Shown here piece after piece: positions 50,120-63,249 of a DNA stretch of 64,000 nucleotides. The notes under the pieces are model-generated. The model was given only the letters and a program-made list of their open reading frames with translations, was not told the origin of the DNA and made no database searches. Where the stretch lies: positions 8,483 to 72,482 of the forward strand of contig NW_021832576.1 of assembly GCF_006345805.1 (NCBI RefSeq), written 5' to 3'. The position numbers and the translations under genes are program-made. Numbering within the stretch: the first letter of the stretch is position 1; every line of letters begins with the position of its first letter. This stretch comes from Octopus sinensis. Taxonomy: Eukaryota.

Positions 50120-50775
50120 CACTAGGTTCTGTGAGGGCCATGGAGACAGAGTACTCGAGAACGTGTTCCGTCAAGACCTATCAGCTGTAACCGTTTTGAA
50201 ATTGTTCCGGATGGATCCCCAAACGAGACATACAGAGCTCTTGGATGTTATTCTACCATCTTGATCATGATCTATCCCAGGTTCCCCTGCAGACTGGTTT
50301 TACCCGTAAAACCTCACCCGCGATGCTTTCTCAATACGTTCTTACCACATGTCCGTAGTATCGGAGCTGGGGTTTCTCAATTAGAAGAAGTTACCCTTTT
50401 TGAAAATTGGGATTACCATTTGCGCTTGCCACTGCTTAGGAGCCTTTCCAGAGATTCAGATTGCCTGTCAAAGAACCAGCCTCGGTGATGTTAGTCATCG
50501 TTCCCAGATGCACTTCGAATTCACCAGATGATGTGGTTGTGACATTTTAGGATATCAGTAAATTATTTTCTCCAGCTCAGGAGGGTTCACCCCAGACGAA
50601 TTCCTGGTAGTAAGCGTGGAAGGAACCTTCTTATTACAAAGTTGGCGGGCAATCTGCCAGAATACTCTGTCTGTTGATCTAAAGTCAAAACTGAGATTAA
50701 TCTATAACGCCCTCCCATAACTAAACCTTGTACATCTTTACTGCTGCGGCTGCGGCATTTCAGAACTGCTTTCCC
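50120..50775 (-). mobile_element. internally deleted, degenerate RTE-like LINE
   Basis: Minus-strand remnants FWQIARQLCNKK, SGKAPKQWQAQMVIPIFKKG (RT N-terminal motif) and QLRYYGHVVR (RTE C-terminal motif). Confidence 0.65.
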
Positions 50776-51049
50776 TCATCGAATCGAATCGCATCGCACT
50801 TAAATATTGATCCTCACCTCAATTTTTATCCATTTTTTGTTCTATCCATTTAAATGAATATTCATTTTGCTGCAAATGTATTTCTAAGTGTATGTTCTAA
50901 AATAATTATTTACAGCACAAATTGTAACAACTTTCACTGTTTCTAAATCATAAATCACTTTAAATCCATTTAAATCACACTACAGTAAGCATTATTACAC
51001 ATTTGACAGTCAACGATTGAGCAACGTTATTACATTATTTCAGCGCCTT

Positions 51050-51486
51050 AAGGAGGCGAGCTGGCAGAAACGTTAGCACGCCGGACGAAATGATTTGTGG
51101 TATTTAGTCTGCTGCTACGTTCTGAGTTCAAATTCCGCCGAGGTCGACTTTGCCTTTCATCGTTTCTGGGTTGATAAATGAAGTACCAGTTACGCACTGG
51201 GGTCGATATAATCGACTTAATCCGTTTGTCTGTCCTTGTTTGTCCCCTCTGCGTGTAGCCCCTTGTAGGTAGTAAAGAAATAAGAAATGTTAACACGCCG
51301 GCGAAGTGTTTAGCAGTATTTCATCTGTCTTTACGTTCTGTGTTCAAATTCAGATTCTGCCGAGGTCGAATTTGTCTTTCATCCTCTCGGGGTCGATAAA
51401 TTAAGTATCAGTTGCGTACTGGGGTCGAGCTAATCGACTGGACCCCATCCTCCGAAATTTCGAGCCTTTTGTCTAGAGTAGAAAAC
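51050..51486 (+). mobile_element. SINE family A, two tandem units
   Basis: AAGGAGGCGAGCTGGCAGAAACGTTAGCACGCCGG head. The body is repeated from ~51285. Confidence 0.9.
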
Positions 51487-52279
51487 AATATTCAATGAGG
51501 TTAATTTCCAAACTACAGTTTAACTATGACGTAGTTGATGATGAACTCCCATTTCAGTGTTGATGTGTTGAGGTCCAGTCATCCCTTCAACAACACAACT
51601 TAGCGTTAAATTAGTGGTCGAGTATTCCACGTACAATATCCCTTTAACTTACTTCCCTGTGAGAATCACCCTAATTCAATTTGTAGTAAAAATGGACCTG
51701 GGAATTACAAGTGCAGTCAATGCGCTGGGTTTCCATGCCTTTTTTCACGTCTACGTAAATTTGCTCACAGGGCTTGGGTCGATCTGACACAATTGCAGAA
51801 GCACGTGCAAGAAATGTCATGCATTGGGAGTGAAATCCGAAGCCCGTGATAGCCAAGTGAATTTTTCAACAATTCTGTCATGCAATATGTGCCGCACGAA
51901 GCAATTAACCACGTTTTACACAAGTGATTTCTTTCAAACAAAATTGTTTTCTGAATAATTAAACATATCACACATCACCTTAACATGTTTGATATTTTAA
52001 ATAGGCTCGTTTTGCTTATCATAACAGCTACATCACTCGCTGATAACACCAAAATATCTTTCTTTCTTTCTTTCCTTCCTTCTTTCACGTCCCTCTTTTA
52101 CATATTTCATCTCTAATACTGATCAAATGCTTACCGTGAATCTTTCTGTCATTAATATTCAATTCCTAATGTTTATCAACACATAAATAATAACGGTTAA
52201 TAATTCCTTTAAAATGCTGAAATTTGCCAAATAAAATTTATAGAAAAGTATAATTCTGGACAGATATTTTTAATTTCAG

Positions 52280-52317
<38 letters not shown>

Positions 52318-52356
52318 CTATCTATCTATCTACTATCTATCTATCTATCTATCGAT

Positions 52357-52392
<36 letters not shown>

Positions 52393-52411
52393 ATCTATCT
52401 ATCTATCTATC

Positions 52412-52492
<81 letters not shown>

Positions 52493-52502
52493 CCCATCTA
52501 TC
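52280..52502. repeat. (TATC)n microsatellite
   Basis: Read directly from the sequence. Confidence 0.97.
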
Positions 52503-52514
52503 CAGCTAACTGGT

Positions 52515-52572
<58 letters not shown>

Positions 52573-52573
<1 letters not shown>

Positions 52574-52972
52574 TTTTCTTTTATTCTTTTAATTGTTTCA
52601 GTCATTTGACTGCGGCCTTGCTGGAGCACCGCATTTAGTCGATTAAATCGTCTCTAGGATTTATTCTTTGTAAGCTTAGTACTTATTCGATCGATCACTT
52701 TTCCTTAACCGCTAGGTTACAGGGACGGAAGCACACAAGTATCGGTTGTCGAGCGATGGTGGGGGGGGGACGAACACAGATACACATACACACTCATATA
52801 CATATATATACGCCGAGTTTCTTTCAGTTTCCGTCCACCCAATCCAATCACAAGGCCTGGTCAGCCGGAGGCTGTAGTAGAAGACACTTGCCCTAGATGC
52901 CACGCAGTATGACTGAACAAGGAAACATGGGGTTTGGATGCAAGCTACTTACGGCACAGCCACTGCTGCGCC
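52573..52972 (-). mobile_element. SINE family B
   Basis: Reverse complement of 27349-27784 motifs (GTTTCAGTCATTTGACTGCGGCC, CTTTCAGTTTCCGTC, GTAGAAGACACTTGCCC). Confidence 0.85.
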
Positions 52973-53072
52973 TGTATTTATATTTATATATATTTTTATA
53001 AATACATATATTTATAAACATATATTTATATTTGTGTGTGTGTATATATATATATATATATTATATATATAT

Positions 53073-53116
<44 letters not shown>

Positions 53117-54796
53117 CATACATATATATATGTATGTATATATATACATATACATACATATATATATTTATTATTTATTTATACGTAGGGTGTCATTCCT
53201 AGAACAGGGTGGTGGGCCTTGAATAACTTCATCAATGCTATTATCCTCTTCCGTCATACATCGGCGAAATATATATATATGTATATATATACACCAACAA
53301 TTTGACACACTGACACACAAACACACACACACACAACATACACACGTATACACACACAGTCAACACACGTAGACTCAAACACACAGACAACACAACACAC
53401 ACATACACTCACACACACAGTCAACACAACATGTAGACACAGACACATACACACACGAATGCACACACACGCATGCACACACACGCATGCACACACACAT
53501 ACACATAATATACATATGTCAGTGTGTGTGAGTGTGTACAGTTGGTTTTCGGTCTAATACATTCTGCTAACAAAACATTGGTCATCTGGATGTGAGAAGT
53601 GAGAAGCAGTTTCCAAAGTTCATAGTACCAAGATTGGGTCCTAAACTACGTGTCTACGAAACTGTGTCACCGTGTTCTAGGAATGATGCCCTAAAGGCAA
53701 TGGTTGTTGCATTTCGATGCTGGTGCCGAGCGGTGCTGATGTCACGTGGTGCTGGTGTCACGTAACGCTAATTCCACGCGGTGATGGTGCCACATAACGA
53801 TAGCCTTTATTCACTACCCTCTCGCATAATCAATTACGGACAACAAAAGGAAATAATTAACGGTTAGTAGGGTAGAAAATAGACCCAAAAAGACTTGGCT
53901 TATTTCCATGCATCACTTTATACTACGAGTTCAAATCCCACTTCATTCTACAAGTTCAAATCCCTCAGAAACCTACTTTGTCCTTACATCTTTCCGGAAT
54001 TTCGAAATCAACAAAGTGATGACGTCAATACAATATATTAAATTTTGTTTCAAAGGCTACTGTTAGTATATATCAAAGTTAGAATAAAGCATTATAAACT
54101 AAAACCTCAAAACTGCCATCGTATCAGGTCTGTGAATAAGAAAATATTAATCTATTCTGAAATGATCTTTGAAGAATTCGGTTCAACACTGATTTAATAT
54201 TCCTTTGTTCCTAACATGATTATTTTCCGTTTTGGACCATTCTTATTTAGGCACTTATATACTTTGGCGAAAGTTTTGATGTTGAAAGATTAAAAGGTGC
54301 AGAATTATTTATTAATGTGCGCTTGGGGTTGCCATATTTACTATCAAGGTTCACTTAACGAAATATCTATAAACAGTTCAGAAAAAACTGCTGTATTGCC
54401 ATTAATTTATTACATCTTAAAATTTATTTTATTGTTTTATTTCAATTTTTTTACTGGTATCAATCTTTGCACTGGTGCCATGTTGGCACTTAGCCTTCAA
54501 GAGTTTTAGTAAATTGTATTAACACTTGTCATTGTGTTAGGTACTCTATTTAAATGGTGGTTAAGTACAACTCGGTGTAATGCGGTAGAATAAAATATGA
54601 ATTAATTTTCGTTAGACAAGCTGACTCATCACCAAGCCCTTACCAAATGCTACACTCATACATGCCTACATAAGTGTGTATGTGTGTGTGTGCGTGTGCA
54701 CACACTCACACACACTCAGTCAGATATATGCACACAATATGTGTGTATGTGCGCGCGTGTAAGTAAGTATTTATATATGTATGCATATATGCATGT

Positions 54797-55107
54797 CACT
54801 GTGATCACCGTGACCGACCAGGCTATCAGATGTTGCTACACATCGCTGGTCACAATGCGCGTCGCATTGTTTTAGCCTTCAAATGACGCCACCCCGCTAG
54901 CTAAGCGAGCAGGCCAACAGGAAAAAGAGGGAGGGAAAGTTGTGGTGAAAGAGTACAGCAGGGATCACCACCACACCCTGCCGTAGCCTCGTGCAGCTTT
55001 AGGTGTTTTAGCTCAATAAACACTCACAACGCCCGGTCTGGGAATCAAAACTGCGATCCTACGACCGCGAGTCCGCTGCCCTAACCACTGGGTCATTGCG
55101 CTTCCAC
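54797..55107 (-). mobile_element. tRNA-derived SINE family C (OR1/OR2-like octopus SINE) with TSD
   Basis: Reverse-complement head GGAAGCGCAATGACCCAGTGGTTAGGGCAGCGGACTCGCGG...TTTTGATTCCC. TATATGCATGT is duplicated at 54786 and 55108. Confidence 0.85.
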
Positions 55108-55149
55108 TATATGCATGTAAATATAAATATACATGTATGAAAGAATGAA

Positions 55150-55940
55150 TGTTTGTAGGCCATTTTACTCTTTGATATAGAGTTAATCTTGACTAACTAC
55201 CAGTTAGTTTGTGATGGAGAAAATACTATTTTGTTCATCAGCTTTTAAATCTTAAGGTCTTACAGAATTTTAACGCATCTCCCATCGTGATCATTTGAAA
55301 TACACGAACTACGGAGCTGTGTCCTCTCCTACAAAACCAGGATTCAGTCATACTTTGCTCCTGACGGGTTGGGACGTATCCTATGTTTCCATAATAATAG
55401 GTACGAAACTGTAAGTGTAACTTGGGTACCAGATTTGTAAACAATGATCCATAATTGCCATCTTTCTGCTGTACTTTTCTCACCATATTGGTCTCTAGAG
55501 GGCAGTTGATATCCACACAACAATATCTGGCCAGTGTTGTTTTAATTTGGTGGCAGTTTTAATTTTCAATTTCTTTTGACCCACCGGTCAACTTGGTGGT
55601 GGTTTTAATTTTCAATTTCTTTTGACCCACCGGCCTAAATACAATCAACCTCGTTTGGTTGTTTTTTTTCTTATCCTGTGACTGTTCTGGCCACTACATC
55701 ATGCCTTGTGGGAAGATAATATCGGGAACCTGACAATAATATGGCTCATGTCTTAAGTCTTAGTTTTGGACAGCCTACATCTGTTGTTTGTCAATGGTTT
55801 CTGATTTTTATAGTGTAGGTATTTGGTGCAGATCTCTTGTTTTGAATTGCATGGAGGTAGCCTTCGAAGTGGGATGTCATAAACTTGACACTATTCCATG
55901 CCAAGCTGTTAATGTGATAAATTCCTTCGATGGCTTGTGT
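55150..55940 (-). mobile_element. degenerate RLE-type LINE fragment adjoining (TATG)n
   Basis: Minus strand gives RPDIVVWI/DINCPLETNMVRKVQQKDGNY and FVPIIM remnants, similar to 19230-19791. Confidence 0.5.
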
Positions 55941-56074
55941 TATGTATGTATGTATGTTATGTATGTATGTATGTAGGTAGGTAGGTAGGTAGGTAGGTAT
56001 GTATGTATGTGTGTGTGTATGTATGTATGTATGTATGCAGGCAGGTAGGTAAGTACGTACGTAAGTACGTATGT

Positions 56075-56307
56075 GTGTTCTCTTCTGCTTTTAAATATTT
56101 AAATTCTTCCTTTAAGGAAAGAATCATTTTCAGACAAAGATACAAAGCCCCATCGTCGAAATATAGATAACAGAAATTTGTCACTTTGTAGACTAAAGAA
56201 AAGATTTGCCTATTTTTACTGTTCAACTGACAGACTGTATTTCTAAGGTGCGAGGCAATCAGCTGATTTCTTTTTCTGAAAATCCAAGCTTATCCAAACA
56301 GGCAGTG
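56075..56307 (-). mobile_element. short 3' fragment of the (CATA)n-associated RLE LINE family
   Basis: Reverse complement CLDKLGFSEKEIS..TLEIQSVS.TVKIGK and the 3' end GGAAGAATTTAAATATTTAAA match 19590-19791. Flanked on both sides by (TATG)n. Confidence 0.6.
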
Positions 56308-57228
56308 TATGTATGTATGTATGTATGTATGTATGTATGTATGTATGTATGTATGTATGTATGTATGTATGTATGTATGTATGTATGTATATATGTGTGT
56401 ATGTATGCTGGTGTATATCTATGCATCTATGTATATGCAGAACACTTTCCCAGCGCAGAGTTCTCCTATGAGCATTTGTTCTTTAGGTATTGGCCGGTTA
56501 ACCTTTAACCCGAGTCCATAATAAAAAAACCACGCATGACGAAAAGTAGAATTAAATCTAGAACTCGGTGGTTGCAAGTTAATCTTTAAACAATACAAAC
56601 CTTCCTGTATCTCAGGATTTTCATCTAGAAATAAATTATATACTCTAATCACCATTTTCACGCAGAAGAAGAACAGCAGGCCTACAATTCATTCGCCTTT
56701 CACAGCAACAAGTCGCTAGGTCTACGAGTCATTTTTCATTTATAGCAACAAATTGAAATACAATTTATCATTTTCTGCAGTGCCCTTATACTATCTTGCT
56801 ACCATATATTACATTTTGCAACGGAAACCAGTGATTGTTATGCTGTCGTGTTATTTATGATATATTTATTATTAAGAAATTTATTTTGCTACTTTCGCTT
56901 TCTTACCTAATTTAAATGAAAATACATTCTGAAATAAATGGGAATGAAAGTCAACCTAAAGAGAACTGTGGTTATGCAGATAAAACGATCGTTTCCTAAT
57001 TATATGTAGCCGCAGGCCCACCAGTGCTATGTGGGTGGATTTGGTTGGCGAAAACTGAAAGATGTCGGTGGTATATACACATATATGCATTTATGGATAT
57101 GTGTATATTTGAACGCACAGGAAGAGAGTACGAACTGGTATCTTGTACCATTTTGCCCAACACTCTATCGATGCTGTTGATTCGCCTGATTGATGGTAAT
57201 GTGCTTATTAAATAATCTCTTTTCCAAA

Positions 57229-57480
57229 ATTCTGTTGTGTCTGGGGAGAGTCATTTTCTTTTTGTGCCTTATAATTTAACATACTCACCGGTAAAATTTC
57301 CACTTATTTATATTTTCGTAAATTTTCGTTGCGTCTTGCAACATTTTCAATAGTCTTAACACTGTCCGTTAAATTATAAGGCACAAAAAGAAAATGACTC
57401 TCCCCAGATACAACAGAATATGCTTCAACACACGAACTCAGACAAAAAATCTTGCCAACCAAATCCCAAAACGAAATATA
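57229..57480. mobile_element. fold-back element (52-bp arms) with one-sided extension
   Basis: ATTCTGTTGTGTCTGGGGAGAGTCATTTTCTTTTTGTGCCTTATAATTTAAC is inverted at 57368-57419. A second copy is at 59492-59725. Confidence 0.85.
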
Positions 57481-57572
57481 ATAAGCGTTTACAAAATATT
57501 TTATGTATGTTGTGAGGTGGCAAAAACGTGAACGAAACAGAGGGAGATAAAACAGTTCTCAATCATATTTTC

Positions 57573-58173
57573 TTATTTCTTTATTGCCCACCAGGGGTTA
57601 AAATTAGAGGGGAACAAACAAGGACAGAAAAACGGATTAAGCCGATTACATCAATCCCAGTGCGTAACTGGTACTTAATTTATCGACCCCGAAAGGATGA
57701 AAGGCAAAGTAGACCTCGGCGGAATTTGAACTCAGAACGTAAAGACAGACGAAATACCTATTTCTATTTCTTTACTACCCACAAGGGGCTACACACAGAG
57801 AGGACAAACAAGGTCAGACAAACGGATTATATCGACCCCAGTGCGTAACTGGAACTTAATTTATCGACCCCGAAAGGATGAAAAGCAAAGTCGACCTGGG
57901 CGGAATTTGAACTCAGAACGTTGCGGCAGGCGAAATACCTATTTCTTTACTACCCACAAGGGGCTAAACACAGAGAGGACAAACAAGGACAGACAAACGG
58001 ATTAAGTCGATTACATCGACCCCAGTGCGTAACTGCTACTTAATTTATCGACCCCGAAAGGATGAAAGGCAAAGTCGACCTCGGCGGAATTTGAACTCAG
58101 AACGTAACGACAGACAAAATACGGCTACGCACTTCGCCCGGCTTGCTAACGTTTCTGCCAGCTTGCCGCCTTA
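57573..58173 (-). mobile_element. SINE family A trimer (one head + three tandem bodies)
   Basis: The unit ACTTAATTTATCGACCCCGAAAGGATGAAAGGCAAAGTCGACCTCGGCGGAATTTGAACTCAGAACG recurs three times at ~180-190-bp spacing. Confidence 0.9.
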
Positions 58174-58304
58174 TCAGATTTTCTGTTGGCGATATACATG
58201 GAAACTAACAAAGCAATAATACTACACATTACTCGTTTTTAGGCTGGCATTACATGTGTAGTAATATTTAATATTAAAAAAATAGGTGAATATATCAGTT
58301 ATAT

Positions 58305-58529
58305 TACTCTTTACTCTTTTACTCTTATATTTTTTTCAGTCATGTTACTGTGGCCATGCTGGAGCAGCGCCTTTTGTCGAGTAAATCGACCCCAGAACTT
58401 ATTCTATCGGTCCCTTTTACCGAACCGCTATGTTACGGGGACGTTGTCAAGTTGATGTTGGTGGTACAAAAACAGACACACAAACATGCACACACACACT
58501 CATACATATATAATATATATATATACATA

Positions 58530-58607
<78 letters not shown>

Positions 58608-58755
58608 TACGTCGGGCTTCTTTCAGTTTCCGTCTACCAAATCCACTCACAAGGCTTTGGTCAGCCCGAGGATATGGTAGAACGCACTTACCCAAGGTGC
58701 CACGCATTGGGAATGACCCCGGATTCATGTGGTTCGTAAGCAAGCTACTTACCAC
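58305..58755 (-). mobile_element. SINE family B with internal (TA)n expansion
   Basis: TTACTCTTT tail, CTTTCAGTTTCCGTCTACCAAATCCACTCACAAGGC, CCCAAGGTGCCACGCA. Confidence 0.85.
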
Positions 58756-59333
58756 TGGTTACATTAGAAGAGTTACTCTTTCAGTAACAAATTAACTAGT
58801 GCATCTATTATATTTTCAGTGATACTATAGCTAGCAGTCTTCTTTGAAAGTATGTATCACCTACACAATACATCGAAACGATGGAACCTGTAAATTTTTC
58901 ACAAATTATCACCTGCTTCCATTTTGATTTCTTTTACATTTAACGTGTGTAATACGTAAAGTAATCTGTCATTGTCACCTTTTTGTTCTCTATCAGCAGC
59001 AATTAGAAGATGAGTACGTCTTATTGCTGAAGATCTTAACAGAGAGCACTACAAGAACAATAAAAAAACACAACCAAAATCAAATTAGATTCCCCCCCCC
59101 AAAAAAAACAATAGCAAAAACAATGTTTAATAATGCAGAATAATAATATAGAAGCATTAATAATGAGATTTTTAGGAAAAATGTTTGCATCAGAGTAGTT
59201 ATTTCCTATTAGTGACATCCCGTAATGCTAAAATGATAAATATATAATTTGCGTGAGATGTCTCCGATACATTTGTAGAGAGCGTGTGTGCGTGAATGTG
59301 TGCGTACGAATATATATATACATATATATACAT

Positions 59334-59364
<31 letters not shown>

Positions 59365-59403
59365 CATATATATATACATATATATATACATATATATATA
59401 TAC

Positions 59404-59491
<88 letters not shown>

Positions 59492-59497
<6 letters not shown>

Positions 59498-59725
59498 GTC
59501 TGGGGAGAGTCATTTTCTTTTTGTGCCTTACAATGTAACTTACAATGTAAATTTCCACTTATTTCTTATTTCATTTTCCTAAAATTTTCGTTACGTCGTG
59601 CAACCGGTCAATTATTTACATTGTAACGTACAAAAAGAAAATAGCTCTCCCCAGACACAACAGAATATGCTTCAACACACGAACTCTTATAAAGAATCTT
59701 GCAAACCAAATCCAAAAACGAAATA
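59492..59725. mobile_element. fold-back element in (TA)n, same family as 57229-57480
   Basis: TGTTGTGTCTGGGGAGAG / CTCTCCCCAGACACAACA arms, with the shared extension GAATATGCTTCAACACACGAACTC. Confidence 0.85.
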
Positions 59726-59759
59726 TACATATATATATACATACACACACACATATATA

Positions 59760-60004
59760 AATATAAAATATAATATAAATACATGCATATATACATGCGT
59801 ATATATACATACCTACAGATATATGTATATATACATGCATATATGGGTACAGGACATCAAAAAAATACGTTGAACACAGTGAGAAACGAAAACATAAAAA
59901 CAAAAACATAGAAAACGAACATTTTCTTTTTCGAACAACGAAATAAACAAACAGAGAAACGGGACCTGAAACATAAAGAATATTCCCCTTCATCAGTTAT
60001 CCCA
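59760..60004 (-). mobile_element. TA-associated non-coding element, related to the fold-back at 61741-61995
   Basis: Shared TATACATGCATATATGGGTACAGG and GAAACGAAAACATAAAAACAAAAACAT. A lone CTGATGAAGGGG lies on the minus strand at the truncated end. Confidence 0.7.
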
Positions 60005-60024
60005 AGAGCGAAAACAATGATAAT

Positions 60025-60605
60025 TATCCTTTCTAGTATAGGCACAAGGCCTGAAATTTTGGGAGAGGGTGCTAGTCGATAACATCAACCCTAGTATTCA
60101 AATACTACTTATTTTCTCGACATCAAAAGGATGAAAGACAAAGTCGACCGCGGCAAAATTTGAATTCAGTTCGTAAGAACGGACGCATTTTGTCCGGCAT
60201 TCTAACGATTCTGCCAGCTCGCCGCCTTAATAGTAATGATAGTAATAATAGTTATTTACAATGACTGAAATTTTGTCGGAAGGGGCTAACCGATTACATC
60301 AACCCCACTGTTCAAATGGCATTTAATTTATCGATCCCGAAAGGATGAAAGGAAAAGTCGACCTCGGTGGAATTTGAAACGAAATACCTATTTCTTTACT
60401 ACTCACAAGAGGCTAAACACAGAGAGGACAAACAAGGACAGACACACGGATTGAGTCGATGACGTCAACCCCACTGTTCAAATGGCATTTAATTTATCGA
60501 ACCCGAAATGATGAAAGGCAAAGTCGACCTCGGTGGAATTTGAAGCGAAATACCACTAAGCATTTTACCCGGCTTGGTAACGACTCTGCCAGCACGCTGC
60601 CTTAA
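60025..60605 (-). mobile_element. SINE family A cluster (monomer + dimer)
   Basis: Repeated GAAAGGATGAAAGGCAAAGTCGACCTCGG-type bodies, with heads CTGCCAGCTCGCCGCCTT at 60228 and 60603. Confidence 0.85.
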
Positions 60606-61006
60606 TATTATTGATAATCCTTTCTACGCGTGAAGTTAGGTGGGTGGAGACTAGTCGATTAGATGTACCAACAGAAATACTTTCATTCCTGCCTACATTC
60701 TAAGGAGTGAAGTCATAATCTTTTCACCATCTCCCAGGGGCTGACGTGTCGCATTGAGAGGATCTTTACGTAGCTTCGCAGTGTTCTTTCGAGTTTCGCT
60801 TTTAATTTTGCACTACGTGGTTACTATAATTGTGAGCAGTATTCTGAACTGCTGAGACCAAATGTCCTCCTGAGGACCGATCCTACACACACACACACAC
60901 GCGTATATACAAAGGTAAAAACTCTCTGCAGTCCCGAATTACCGTGCGATTGCACCTAGATAGTTCCCCTCCACAGCAAAAAAAAAATCACGTCGAATGT
61001 ACAATA

Positions 61007-61542
61007 CAGTAATACCTCGCCATATCACGGTTCATCCATCGAGCACCCAGTACCTAGTACATCGCCGTTCACCTATCACGCACTCAGTACATCGTGGTTA
61101 ACCTAATGCGCACTCTGTACATCATGGATTTTTCGGGATAATATATGTAAATTTATATCACGGACTCCTCGGCATATCGCGGCTTTCTGCGGCCGATAGG
61201 TATTTATATTTTTTTTTAGATTTTATTTATTTCTGTGGTAAAATAAGCATTTTTACGCCTAAAAATGAATAAACTAATAAATAAAAATACACTACAGTAG
61301 TGCACTGTGTAACATATTAATTAAATGTATTAAAAGAAAATATGTAATATACCGTAGATGAGTAAACAAAGAACCGCACATACTTTATGGAAAACGAAAC
61401 TCGCACGTGAGTTTATGGTATTGTTTTGAATTTATAATAAAATAATTATATACAAATTATAAAAACTACAAAAAATATATACAGTACAGTGATGTTTCTA
61501 TTTCGCGGATTTTCACCTATCGCTATATTTGAGGGATTACTG
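61007..61542. mobile_element. pogo/Tigger-like MITE with subterminal ~31-bp tandem repeats
   Basis: TIRs CAGTAATACCTCG / TGAGGGATTACTG with TA flanks, and repeated GTTCACCTATCRCGCACTCAGTACATCG-like units. Confidence 0.8.
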
Positions 61543-61616
61543 TACATAAAATCATTTTTTAACAGTGAAAGCACAATTTCTTTTATCAAAGGCGAATGCT
61601 TCGTTATTTTAACATA

Positions 61617-61655
<39 letters not shown>

Positions 61656-61669
61656 TATATATATTATAT

Positions 61670-61703
<34 letters not shown>

Positions 61704-61740
61704 AACTTACTTGGAAATGGAAGCGTGGCGTTCGATCATA

Positions 61741-61989
61741 TAATAAAATAATAAATTATACATATGCATATATACATACATATATGTACATACCTACATA
61801 TATATGTATATATACATGCATATATGGGTACAGGACAAGTCCGTTTCCATGTTTTTGTTTTTATGTTTTCGTTTCCCATTGTGTTCATGTTTTTTTGGTG
61901 CCCTGTACCCATATATGCATGTATATATACATATAGATGTATGTACATATATGTACGTATATATGCATATGTTTTATTTATTATTTTGT

Positions 61990-61995
<6 letters not shown>
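61741..61995. mobile_element. fold-back element next to (TA)n
   Basis: TATATACATGCATATATGGGTACAGG (61808-61833) is inverted at 61902-61927. Arms are ~95 bp. Confidence 0.8.
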
Positions 61996-62029
<34 letters not shown>

Positions 62030-62384
62030 AAGTGTCAGAGGAATTATTTTCAAAGATCTCATTTTTCCCATTGGTTTCATAGCTCTCCCTTCCTCTCTCT
62101 GTTTCTGTCTGTCTGTCCGTCTGTTTGTCTATCTTTATTTTTTTCTCTCTTTACATGCACATATATAGTCATATTTTTGAGCAATTATTTTCAATTATTT
62201 TCAAAGATATTGAATGTTGTTTTGATAGATATAATGCTAGTTTTAGCTACAGATAAATCGAAGCATATATGTAAGAGATACATTGTAATTCTAACAAGTA
62301 ATATTGTTGTAAGGACTTGGAACTACGTACAGTGTAGGCGCAATGTTTCGGGAGTTGGAGGGCTCTGAGGAATGGAGCCATCTC

Positions 62385-62785
62385 TTAATTCTTTATTGAC
62401 CATAAGGGGCTAAATATAGAGGTGAAAAACAAGGACAGACAAAAGGATTAAGTCGATTACATCGACCCCAGTGCGTGACTGGTACTTAATTTATCGAGCC
62501 CGAACGGATGAAAGGCAAAGTCGACCTCGGCGGAATTTCAACTCAGAACGTAACGGCAGACGAAATACCTTTTTCTTTACTACCCACAAGGAGCTAAACA
62601 CAGAGAGGACAAACAAGTACAGATAAACTGATTAAGTCGATTATATCGACCCCAGTGCGTGACTGGTACTTAATTTATCGACCCCGAAAGGATGAAAGGC
62701 AAAGTCGACCCCGCGGAATTTGAACTCAGAACGGAGCGGCGGACGAAATACTGCTACGTATTTCGCCAGGCGTGCTAACGTTTCT
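62385..62785 (-). mobile_element. SINE family A dimer
   Basis: Two tandem bodies, as in 57573-58173. Confidence 0.88.
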
Positions 62786-63249
62786 TATCCACTATTGTTT
62801 CCAGTGTACTTTAACCCCGACGTAGTAGCTCCAGCCAAATTCTAGCTATGGGTTAATTGGCATGTCAATAGATTTCATCTCTCAATAACTGCTATAAGGG
62901 AAACCTGAACAAACGACGGATGTCTTTCTGGTAAGGCCTTCAACATCGTGTCCTCCGGAACCACGCTTACTCTGTAATCTTGAGATACAGCATTGTGGGT
63001 GTGTAACATTACGTCAGTCAATGTTGAATATTGCCAGATTCTGAGCAGGTGAGCAAACTACAAATTGTCAACGAGCAGAAATAATTAATTCAGTTAGCGA
63101 ACTACTGCTATAATCTGTTGCCGTAATATGTGCAGGTGAGATATTTCAGCTAGCACTGGACATTATTGCTTTGGGCAAGTCTCCTGACCAGATGACGATG
63201 AACAAATAATTTCAGTATATTGATATCAACTTCCTACCTTGTTATATTG

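Noticed and set aside
53715-53810. GGTGCTGGTGTCACGT-type short tandem motif
   Set aside because: A short degenerate repeat, probably part of an old interspersed element, with boundaries I cannot define.
55543-55633. 46-bp tandem duplication
   Set aside because: An ordinary local slippage duplication inside a decayed LINE fragment.
57573-58173. CRISPR-like periodic repeats
   Set aside because: The units are whole ~185-bp SINE bodies without unique spacers, the context is eukaryotic, and there are no cas genes.
62790-63245. Possible host exons (CAG/GTGAG and GTAAG donor-like motifs)
   Set aside because: No coherent ORF or recognisable peptide, so it cannot be supported without transcript data.
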